DNA of 64,000 bases, from assembly GCF_964355755.1 (NCBI RefSeq), contig NC_092674.1, positions 12,958,001 through 13,022,000 on the forward strand, given 5' to 3'. Below, piece after piece: positions 11,201 to 23,200 of the stretch (within the stretch, counting starts at the first letter, position 1; each line of letters starts with the position of its first letter). The notes below the pieces were generated by a model. The model had not been told where the DNA came from, searched no databases, and saw only the letters and a program-made list of their open reading frames with translations. The DNA comes from Antedon mediterranea (Eukaryota; Animalia; Echinodermata). Made by a program: the position numbers and the translations under genes.

Positions 11201-14200
11201 TTGAACTTTTTCGTAGTAGTTATGATGTAAGTTTGGAGTTTTTCATAGCACCTTTATTTTTATTTGAGATTTTTTCCCAGTATTTGTTTTACCAATTATT
11301 ATGTCATTAACACAAAACCAGCTAAACAAATATTTATGGTGTTTGTGAAACAATTTTTGGATTTATAGGCCTTTATCGAGTGTAAATAAAATTAGGCCTA
11401 CATGCCATTAAAACTTATTGAAAAATTGCTTTTTCTACAGACTTTGATGAATAAAGTACTGACGATTTTTAATGATATTGCAATATATTTTTGTTTTGTT
11501 TTTATATAGTATTTATATGCCTTTTTAATGTTTATACAAATTATAATGTTATATGTATGTTATATGTAAATGTTTTTTATACAATCAGTGCAATAGGAGA
11601 CCTACTAGATAGTGATTAAGGTCTCTTTTTAGGAATCCTGTCTCTGCCTAGTTTTGTGTGATGTTTTCTTTTCTTTGTCCATGTTTTTCTATATTGTATT
11701 TTTATGGAGAGAAAAATAACTGAAATGAAAGTTTGATTTAAATTTAATTTAAATTAAACATTTAACTACATAAAAATACTTAACCTCAATTAAAGTAACA
11801 TTTTTCTTGTTCAAAATTACTTTAATTCTGTAAAAAACATCTTTCACACAGATGTTGAGTTATACACCATGCAGCGAAAGGATTAATGCACACATTTTGT
11901 TTATTGCACATGTTTTATTAGTTATTAGTATCATAATTAATTCAAAAAATTATTTTTATAGAAAATTACATCTGAGATTCAACTTGTAGACACGGTGACA
12001 GCTCCTATTCATGTAACCTACTCAGCCTATTGCGATGGCGAGACATTGACGCCTAATTCGCAGAACTGTAGTAACATTCGCTTAGGAAATGTCATTAAAT
12101 TTAAACTAGATGTTAGCGTTGATGAGTGTACAGCAAATCCTATCTCGTAAGACATGATTACATTGTTTATTACCACAAGTGAGGCATTAACCTTGGTGTA
12201 TGCATTGGCACGCTTAAAATAAATGTTTCTGCTGCCCAAGCCTGACCGACCCAAAATTTGGTCAGCTTCTTTTTTTATTTGTTTACTTGTAGGAGCATTT
12301 AATGAAAGCACAATTAAAATTAAAGGCAATATTATTTTCCGAAACATTTTTTTTCTTTATCAACATTTAGGCTTTCTTGGACAAACATCTTTGTTTTTGT
12401 AATTGCATGCAAACATTTCTCTAGTGTCCTCTATTTCTATTGTAAAGTTTTGCCAATTTTATTAAATCTAAAATTTATATTATTTATTCATAAAACACAA
12501 AATAGATAAAAAGAAATTGTACTACTGATATGACCATGTATTTCAATTGATGGTGTTCCTGTGCAACATAACAATTCTTGTGTTTCTAGCATTTCCCTTT
12601 TAAATGCAGTGACATAATCAATAATGATGATTTTAATGGTGGCAATAAAGCATGATGATGACATAATAATAATATATACGGCCATATTGCGTTGAAACAC
12701 CGGTTCTCGTCAGATCACCGAAGTTGAGCAATGTTGGGCCGGTTGCGTTCTGGATGGGAGACCATCTAGAAATTGCGGCGGGTGCTGTACAGTATATACT
12801 GGAGAGTGATGGTGTAATGGTAATATCGGACTAGCATGTGATAGGCATGGGTTCGAGGTTATCTGTACCATACTAATTGCATCCTTAGGCAAGATGCTTT
12901 ACTCTCATTGCCTCGTCCTTTGGACGGGATGTAAAGCCGTTGGTCCCGTGTACTTAACAGTTGTTTATACTGGAGAGTGATGGTGTAATGGTAATATCGG
13001 ACTAGCATGTGATAGGCATGGGTTAGAGGTTATCTGTACCATACTAATTGCATCCTTAGGCAAGATGTTTTACTCTCATTGCCTCGTCCTTCGGATGTGA
13101 TGTAAAGCCGTTGGTCCCGTGTACTTAACAGTTGTATATACTGGAGAGTGATGGTGTAATGGTAATATCGGACTAGCATGTGATAGGCATGGGTTAGAGG
13201 TTATCTGTACCATACTAATTGCATCCTTAGGCAAGATGTTTTACTCTCATTGCCTCGTCCTTCGGATGGGATGTAAAGCCGTTGGTCCCGTGTACTTAAC
13301 AGTTGTTTATACTGGAGAGTGATGGTGTAATGGTAATATCGAACTAGCATGTGATAGGCGTGGGTTCGAGGTTATCTGTACCACACTAATTGCATCCTTA
13401 GGCAAGATGCTTTACTCTCATTGCCTCGTCCTTCGGATGGGATGTAAAGCCGTTGGTCCCGTGTACTTAACTTGGTACACTATTCGAAAAGAGTAGGGGA
13501 TCGTCTCCCGGTGTGCTGATTTGGTAGGCGCTGCGGTTGAATACGCAGTGGTTGAACAAATAAGAGCTTTCATCTAATATTAATAAGTTACAAGATACAT
13601 GATGTGCTTGAATTTTTATCAAAATATTTAGTTTTTCAGTTAAACCTCTCGGATTTGAAGAGAACCTAGAAGTTGTCATAATAACAAATTGTGAATGTGA
13701 ATGTACCAAATCTGTGACAGCAGACAGTGAGCTATGTAGCAATGGTAATGGTTCACTGGTCTGTGGTATTTGTGAGTGTAATGAAGGCCGGTATGGAGAG
13801 GTCTGTGAATGTGATGACACTGGCTCAGACGAAACTGAAACACTTGCAGATAGTTTACCATGTCAAACGTAAGGTTTTTTCAACTTCTTTACTTTATTTC
13901 CATTTTGGAAAAGCATGATATACCGCTAACCTAGTTTACTATTGTTTATTCATCATACATCAAGCATTAAAAAAAATATTGCTGTTGAGTATTTTACAAT
14001 TGTTTAACCATTATTTTCTAAACACATACTGTAAACTATAGAGGGCAGAAATCATAATTTTGATTTCTTATTTTCAATATCCAATCAATGAAATGATGTA
14101 TAGGCCTGTTCTTGTATGTTTAAAAAATATTTGTCAAATCCTATTTTTATTTATTTCAATAGAAGTAACTCATCTTTGGTTTGTTCAGGTCAAGGGTCAT

Positions 14201-17200
14201 GCATATGTGGGAAATGTTTGTGTAACAAGCGACAAGTAGGTGAAATATGATTTTATAATTTTCTTATTGGGGCATATCAGTAGGTCAACTATTACAGTAT
14301 GTACTGTGAGTATACTATTGTGGGTCAATTAGAGGAAAAAAGAAGTTTTTTTAAAATCTGTTGCTGATGACAATTGACAATTAATGCAAAAGATTAAAAA
14401 TAATGTAACCCTATACATAGAGAATGTCACTATTTTATATAGGGTTTGAGAGGAGGAGGCGAGACTCAAGGAGTCAATTTGTTATTTATAACTATTGTAC
14501 ATGTTAAGTTTCTCTATTTCTAATAATAGTCAACCACTATACGATCACAGACACTGGTGTCGTGACCAGTTAGTTTAATAAAATATTACAATCAATAAAT
14601 ATATATTACAGTTAAAATGTTATTACCATATGAACATGTTTATAATGCCAAGCTAGATTATAATCCAACCCACTAATTTTTTGCCAAATGTTGTAACCCG
14701 GATCCTGATTATATACTGGTCATATATTTTCTTGAATGCGATTAATATAATATAAAATGTATTATAAATAGAGCTTTTTTGTTATGATTAATATTTTTTT
14801 CTTTTTCAAGAATCCTTTAGAAAAAATCACAGGAAAGTTTTGCAACTGTGATAACTTCTCTTGTCGCAGAGATTCTGCTGACCTCATTTGTGGTGGTATG
14901 TTCAATTTTGTTTATATTTTCTTTTTCATGCACAGAATTTGGTAAATTTAAGCTCTGCTGACAATATTAAGGACCATATCAGCATTTTTCTACTACAGTA
15001 ACTAAATATCTTGAATATGATTTTAGTCTGTTTCAAATGTAGAAGCTATGAGAGTCACTGCAATAAACAGTGTGTATTATTACCCAAACTAGATTATTAG
15101 ATTATTGCATAAACAGGTTAAACAGAAACAAAATAGTTTAGTTACTGCAATAACTGCAATAAGATAATAATCTCTTTTTTTTTATTGTGAATTGCCTTTG
15201 AACATTTTTGAAAAAGGTACAGTACTGACTACATATCATATACCAAGCCCACACATTTTACACGGGTGTGAAAAACGCGTGACTCGCGTGTAATTAGGTA
15301 ATAACAATACTGTCCATATTCACTCATGCATTACTGCATTGAGTAATTCAACTGCAGCGAACTGCATTTATAACTTGTTGATGTTTTGTTCATATATTAT
15401 TATCATCAAACAGACAATAACTGGAATTACAGTACAGGATAACAGCATTTTATATAAAAAATATAGGCCTATTTGAAATAAACAAGCACGAATGTGCAAT
15501 ACTCGGGGTACAGCGAAAGAAGCTGTAATGACGTCATAAGACCGGATGTAACGTCACATACACATCAATAACCGCGCTACCAAATACGGCTATACGGTAT
15601 CATATTCGAGACGTGATATGGCTGCATCCGGTTTGAAATTAAAAAATCCGGCTCTATAGCTTTGAGGACATGTCCCTGTAGTATATTCATGCTAAATCCG
15701 AGCTCAATACTACAACGAATAAGGGAGGAGTAGTACTTTATAAATCGCACTTTTTGCTCAATAGTGTCCGGATGGAAGAAAAAGAGGAAAAGATGAGAGA
15801 GTCCTAGACTCAGGTACACCGAGTAATAAAACGAGATATACTCTATATCATATTAAGTATACAGTATATTTCACCATAAAGTGAAAGAAAAATAGGTTTC
15901 GCCAGGGCTCGAACCGGGACCTTCTGCGTGTTAAGCAGACTTGACAACCACTACACTACGAAACCTCTTACACTAAAAATGTGGGTTAAAGATAGTTTTT
16001 TAATCCATTTAATTTACAAATAAATATGGTAATAAGCACAAAGCAAAATAAACATGTGTAAAAGTGATAATTATACCGATTACACAAAATAAGTATTTAA
16101 AAAAATAATAAAAATAAGATATACTGTGTATAATTATCATTATTATTGCGTATACAGTACTTTTCACCATAAAGTTTAAAAAAAAAAGGTTTCGACCGGG
16201 CTTGAACCAGGTACCTTCTGCGTGTTAAGAAAACGTGATAACCACTACGCCAAGAAGCCGCATATAACTACCTTACGCTGTGTGGTGTGTCACACATTGT
16301 GGCTTCTTAATTAAACAAATTAATTAACAAACGAGGAGAAAATGAGTAAGTCCTAGACTCGGGTACCCCGAGTAAAAAAGCACGAATGTGCAATACTCGG
16401 GGTACAGAGAAAGAAGCTGTATACAGACGTATACAGTTAAAGTTAAAGAAAAATAGGTTTCGCCAGGGCTCTAACCGGGACCTTCTGCGTGTTAAGCAGA
16501 CTTGACAATCACTACACTACGAAACCCACTTACACTAAAAATGTGGGTTACAGAAAGTTTTTTATTCCATTTAAATTACAAATAAATATGGTAATAAGCA
16601 CAAAGAAAAATAAACATGTGTAAAAGTGATAATTACCGATTACACAAAATAAGTATTTAAAAAAATAATAAAAACTAGATTTAATTCGTCACTATGACGA
16701 ATTATAGGTTATATGCATTGATTTAAATAAAGATAATTGATTTTTAAAATATATATTGATTGATTGATTTTCTCAGAATCTTTAATTATTTATAATATAT
16801 GATAGGACCTTGCTAACGCGAACACCATAGCCGGTATCACAATCCGATCAAAGATCCATATGCGTATAATGTCATAAACCACATTTGTTGTTACATAATA
16901 ATAAAGACATAAAGTAACTTTTTATCTAGATTTCATTATAAATCATGTGTATAATCTATACACTAAGAAATAAATTTGAACAAACAATACGGATAATAAA
17001 AAAAAACTAATTTTGTTTCGTTTCCCAAGGTGAGACTCGATCTCGGTACTTGAATGCTATAGACACGAGCAAAGACCACCGAGCCATACACAACTGACTA
17101 AAAGTTATGAAAAGATTCCTCCGTGTATTTACTATGCAGTAACCACTTTGGTGCAGATAGATTATTACATACCGCAATGGATTATAATGTTTTACTATGA

Positions 17201-20200
17201 TGACATCTTTAAAAATTGAAAAAAATGATGCACTGTCAAACTATATACTTTTAACTTTAATATATGAACTTCTTAAGGAAGAAAGTTAATGTTAAGTTTG
17301 TTATTTTGGCCTAAGAAAATGTTATAATTTGTTTGATTGTCGAAATTAATTTTGTTAAATTTAATATGCCATTAATGATGACTTAATCAACTTTTGTTCT
17401 TCTAATTTCATAATAAATCATACATATGATACATACACTTCAAGAAAATTAAATAAAAAATAGGTGTTCCCGAGCATTCTAACGATATATATTAATTTTA
17501 AAATTTAGCATATTTTCACCATTTTGTTAACTTACACGTGCGTAGCCCGTCACTTTTGACGTGCTCGTATAACGCTGTTTCGCGTTGAAAAGTGAATAAA
17601 ATATGATGATATTATTAAAGAAAGGTTATACAACAGTAATCGGACACAAACAGTGCGCATTAACGTTTGACGCGCAGTGCGCGTGCAAAAATCTGCGCAC
17701 TCATGGCAATTTTTTAAACGCTTAAAATTGCCTGAAACGTACTCTAATTTCATCGAAAATAAATTCTGACAATTTTGAACTTTTTAAGCGCGCGTACGCA
17801 TGCGTTATATGCGCTACGCACGTAATTGTATTGCCATATGATGAAATATGACCTGAAATTTATGAGTACCAAATTTTGTTTAAAAGTGATTCATGTTTGT
17901 GAAGATATGATTACAAACGTGATTTCGTTAAATCGCGCGTAGACCGCGTAATTTTTGATTGCGCATCGTGAAAACATAACCACATCGATTCCTGGCCATA
18001 AGGAATATACTCTGAAAAATTGACTTAGATAGATGAAACTGATGCCAAGATAATTCACGGACAAATAGTGCTAAGGAAAGAATAAATAAATAAATAAATA
18101 AATAAATAAAGATTTTGACAGAATCAAGAGGTTATATGCATAATCATGCATATAACCTAATAAGATATACTGTGTATAATTATCATATTGCGTATACAGT
18201 ACTTTTCACCATAAAGTTTAAAAAAAAAAGGTTTCGTCCGGGCTCGAACCAGGTACCTTCTGCGTGTTAAGCAAACGTGATAACCACTACGCCAAGAAGC
18301 CGCATATAACCATTTAACTACATAACGCTGTGGTGTGTGTCACACATTGTGGCTTCTTAATTAAACAAATTAATTAACAAAAAATTAAAAATCCGGCTCT
18401 ATAGCTTTGAGGACATGTCCCTGTAGTATATTCATGCCAAATCCCAGCTCAATACTACAACTAATAATGGAGGAGTAGTACTTTAACAAGCACGAATGTG
18501 CAATACTCGGGGTACAGCGAAAGAAGCTGTATACAGACGTATACAGTTAGAAAGTTAAAGAAAAATAGGTTTCGCCAGGGCTCGAACCGGGACCTTCTGC
18601 GTGTTAAGCAGACTTGACAACCACTACACTACGAAACCTCTTACATTGAAATTGTGGGTTACAGAAAGTTTTTTAATCCATTTAAATTACAAATAAATGG
18701 TAATAAGCACAAAGCAAAATAAACATGTGTAAAAGTGATAATTACCGATTACACAAAATAAGTATTTTAAAAAATAATAATAAGATATACTGTGTATAAT
18801 TATCATATTGCGTATACAGTACTTTTCACCATAAAGTTTAAAAAAAAAGGTTTAGCCCGGGCTCGAACCAGGTACCTTCTGCGTATTGAGCAAACGTGAT
18901 AACCACTACGCCAAGAAGCCGCATATAACCATATAACTACATAACGCTGTGGTGTGTGTCACACATTGTGGATTCTTAATTAAACAAATTAATTAACAAA
19001 AAATTAAAAATCCGGCTCTATAGCTTTGAGGACATGTCCCTGTAGTATGTTCATGCCAAATCCCAGCTCAATACTACAACTAATAAGGGAGGAGTAGTAC
19101 TTTAAAAATCGCACTTTTTACTCAATAGTGTCCAGATGGTGGAGGAGAAAATGAGTAAGTACTAGACTCGGGTACCCCGAGTAAAAAATCGATTTATTTA
19201 TCATAGTGCAATCATGGAGGTTAGTAGGCCTACTACACTACAGTACTACTATTCTAGGCCTAGTTTGCTTTCAGAGTTTGTTTATATATATTTTTAAGTT
19301 ATATTTATTAAGTATTTGAGAAAACTAACTAAATTAACAATATCTTTCAAAACACGATCGTCGCTGGTGGCCGAATGACGTACTTTCTGTACGCACCACG
19401 TTGTAGAGTTCATCCATTGAGTACACACAGTTGCTAGGCCAAATAATAACATAAAGGTTTTACCATTCCCCGTCGGGGAGGAAATAATTTATATAGTATT
19501 ACAACGACATGCATGTATTTAGCGTGGTAACTAATGTACACCCCTGTTACGGACTGGACCATTAATCGCTCCACGAAACCAAGTTGGAGCGATCCTCCTC
19601 CCCGCACACAGCCAGAGCGAGAGAGAAGCGAGGTCGAATAAATACAAGTTTTTACCATTTCCCGTCCAGGGAAAATCAGTTCTCTTATAATTACAGCCCT
19701 GATACCGTGCGCATATGTTTACGTTGATATTATTTAATTGCACACCTCATTTTGGACTGTGCCATTTTCGGAACCCTGTTTTGTTTTCATTATAAACATG
19801 GGCTGATGTCAGACAAATATCTGCTTTTTAAACATCAATTTAGCAACTTATTAAGTCGTTTCATAAGCAGAGAATTTATAAAGCAAGTATACAATGCAGA
19901 CATGTTAGATAGAAATATACTAAAAGACATTTAATAAATGTGTTGGAAGAACGTAATAATTTGACTTTCTACACCGAGCGGCGGAAAAACCCATTCACAG
20001 TTATGTACGGGAATCCTTATGTACTTGGCCTAAAACACTAGCTCTGTATTTTAATTTAAATATTTGGCTTACGGTTATGAAAATACAAGGAAACATCATT
20101 TTATAATATTACTATTATTAGGCTATTTATTGACCTAGGCACCTATTAAAGATCGCTAAATATGTTTTTTTGTGGGGGGGGGGGGGGGCTTAGGTACAGT

Positions 20201-23200
20201 AGCTCTCTATTCTAGCCTAGCCTCCCTGCTGTTGTACACTTCTAGTAGACTTGCCCCAAGTCTGTATTTATTGTCTTTTTTTTTTATTTATTTGTTTTTA
20301 TTTCGACAGCGATTTTTGTCTGAAAATACAGACTTGTGAAACACGTATAGAAATCGATTTGCAGACCGCAAACCTCCGATAAGAATGACGTAGGTTATCA
20401 TACCGTATTTGGCTATATGGGGCGGGCGGTATGTAAATATGGATTTTGAATCAACCAATGATCATTTTGTTTCAAAATGAAAAAGATCGAGTACGTACAG
20501 TGCTGAATGTACTATCGAGACTGAACAACTGTTGATGAAATATAAAATCGTGTTGCCAAGTTGTTTTGTTTATTAATTGTTTAGTCCTCCTGCGTAGGGC
20601 TACTCAACTCGTACGTATGACCTGCCAAATAAAACGCCAATAAATAAGGTACATACCACCACCGACCGGCACACAACAGGGCTACACCACCACAAACACA
20701 GAACAGGACAGGGTCTGGGTGGGAATTATAAAATCAAATTATCTCCGCATAATATGATCCATTCAATGTTTGATTTGGCGGAGAAGCTAGCCTATCATAT
20801 CAAGACGAGTTTTCATGTTCTTGGGAAAAATCCCATCAAATGTTTACCAGACTACTAGGCATATAAAATCATTTATAGCCTTCAGAAACTTTCATCAATG
20901 TATACCCAAGTACACATTGTCTAAACGTAGCATAGCGCATGCGTATCATCTTAGATGTTGAGTCTTTGAAATTCTGAAATATGAATATTAAAACTGCCTG
21001 CGAGTGAGTAGCCAATGGCATGCGGCTGAAACTAGTCAACTGGATAATTTATGCACCAAGAATTCTTGGTGTCAAACCACGTGACTTATGCGTGTTTCCC
21101 CAGACGGAGTATCCAAACTCAAGTAATACATGTATGAAACGCCATATGTGCAAAAATATTTATATTTTTACTAATATTAAGACAAAACTCCGTCTGGAGC
21201 CCAGACTACACTTCTAGCTGTACGCCTCACATTATACTGTATAAAATAATACGACGTGAACTCTAAACAAAACCCCGATGAAAAACAATTTACATGAATT
21301 CTATAAACTTTCTTATTTATTGTTTGCCTAACAATAGAGAAAAAGAAACTTTGTTACATACAGTAACGGGCAGGTTCAGATTACATAAATATGATGGTTG
21401 GTAGGCCTAAACAATAGAAACAGAACAACTGATATCCACATGTGTGTTGTCGCGGGCGTCGTACCGGGAGTTCCATATTTTACCAGTAAAAAGCTACAAA
21501 GTGATGACGTCATGGTCCACACGGCAAATACAGGCACGCGGCAATTACACATATTTTACACGCGCGACAAACGCGGGTTATGGTACATGATTTGTAATCA
21601 GTACTGTAGTATACAAATGAGGTATTTAATTATTATTAATTACTATGAAAATGGTTTTGATCGTCTTGTGTATTATGTACTGTATGCTCTGTGCTATATA
21701 ACATATTTAGATTTGATAGAAATAATTTATGACTAAGCTCTGTCTACACTATCAAACTTTGTGTAACTAATAAAAAATTGCCCATGGACATGATAACATC
21801 TTATCAATACAATATTTGGGCACATTACACTTTTTTGTCAAACTAGTCTGATAGTATAGACAGAGCTTATAGGTGTTTATTAACTTTGATAGGTCCATCA
21901 AAAGGAACATGCATTTGTGGTCAGTGTGAATGCAAGCCAGGCTATAGTGGTCCTGATTGCAGTTGTCCAACGAGCATTGAAAACTGCCTAGCATCTACTG
22001 GAAAAGAGTGCAATGACGCTGGACACTGTGAATGTGGTGTTTGCATGTGTAATGCAACACTGGTCTACGATGGCCCAACTTGTGAGGATTGTGATGTAAG
22101 TTCATTTATATTAAAATCTTAATGCATCCTTAAATTCAAATGTATGATGTCATCATCATCAGGATTTATCAAATGTCCTATTCATGAAATATTAATACAT
22201 TGTTGAGACCCCATTTCATCATTTTAACATTGTACAGTACCATAATAATTTATACAGCACCATTCTTTTTCCAATGATTTTTCTGATGATGAATAAATGT
22301 ACTTCTATTTTCTATGTAAAACTGTCTTAAGTTTAAGTCATGTGACACCCATCAGCAAATCGTTCTATAGACGATCCGTTCCACCTATATTTTGTACTTA
22401 CTATAGGACTATCATGTACAGAACCTCAAATGACCATAATCATATTTACTGTTTGTAGACATGTCCAGCTAAATGTGATCGTGACTGTGTGCAATGTCTA
22501 GCTTACGGTACAGGTATATCTGAGGAAAAATGCCAAGAGTGTCCTCAAAGAATTATACTTGTTGAGGAAGAAGAATTAATAGGTAAGAATTGTGGAAACA
22601 TTTTAATTACAAAGTAATGAACTAATTTATTTTATTATATTTGTCTTCAAGATTCTGATAAACCTTAATTGTTTCATTTCTTTTATTTTAACCATCCGAT
22701 AAAAAAACTTTATAAAGGATAAAACACCGATTAAATTACATTAGTACAATTCAATGTATTGAGTTGCCACGTTGTAATTGGTGGTTCACAGTGTTTATAA
22801 ACTATAAAGTATAGTAGGACAAGCATATGACAATTTAGGAAATGTTTCTGGTTCGTTCAGGGAAGAGGGCCTTATGCATATGTTGCTTTCGCGACACATG
22901 TGTTGCGTACTAAACTTACTGTCGAAGCAAAATCAAAATGAACAAGTATTTTAACAAAACTTTTCTCTCAAAACTACGCTGTTATGCAAATGAACGAAAA
23001 TGAATGCTCTTTATTAGCTATCTGGTCATGATGTTATAAGAACTGTATAATCTATACTGAGTTTTTGCAGGTACTGTATAATTTATGCCATTGTAAAATA
23101 TTATTATAAGGTCTTTCTTAAGCACTTAAAGGAAATCTTCGGTGATCTAATTGTTTTATATACTAGCTGTTTATTATCTTGAATTATAAAAAATTTCTAA

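Larger units (their letters stand above)
15480..19183. mobile_element. Tandem cluster of Helentron-like (HINE/DINE-type) non-autonomous elements carrying tRNA-like sequences
   Basis: The head aagcacgaatgtgcaatactcggggtac occurs at ~15481, 16378 and 18485. The tail palindrome actcgggtaccccgagta occurs at ~15808 (variant), 16357 and 19166. Head tactcggggtac is inverted to tail gtaccccgagta. The ends lie in A-runs with no target duplication. Confidence 0.65.

Noticed and set aside
12677-12789. Functional 5S rRNA gene
   Set aside because: Many substitutions, no oligo-T terminator, and direct fusion to a SINE body.
12027-13861. Minus-strand ORFs over integrin exons (likewise 21767-21994, 33468-33677, 47428-47691 and plus-strand 54564-54905)
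   Set aside because: They are antisense shadows of real exons on the opposite strand.
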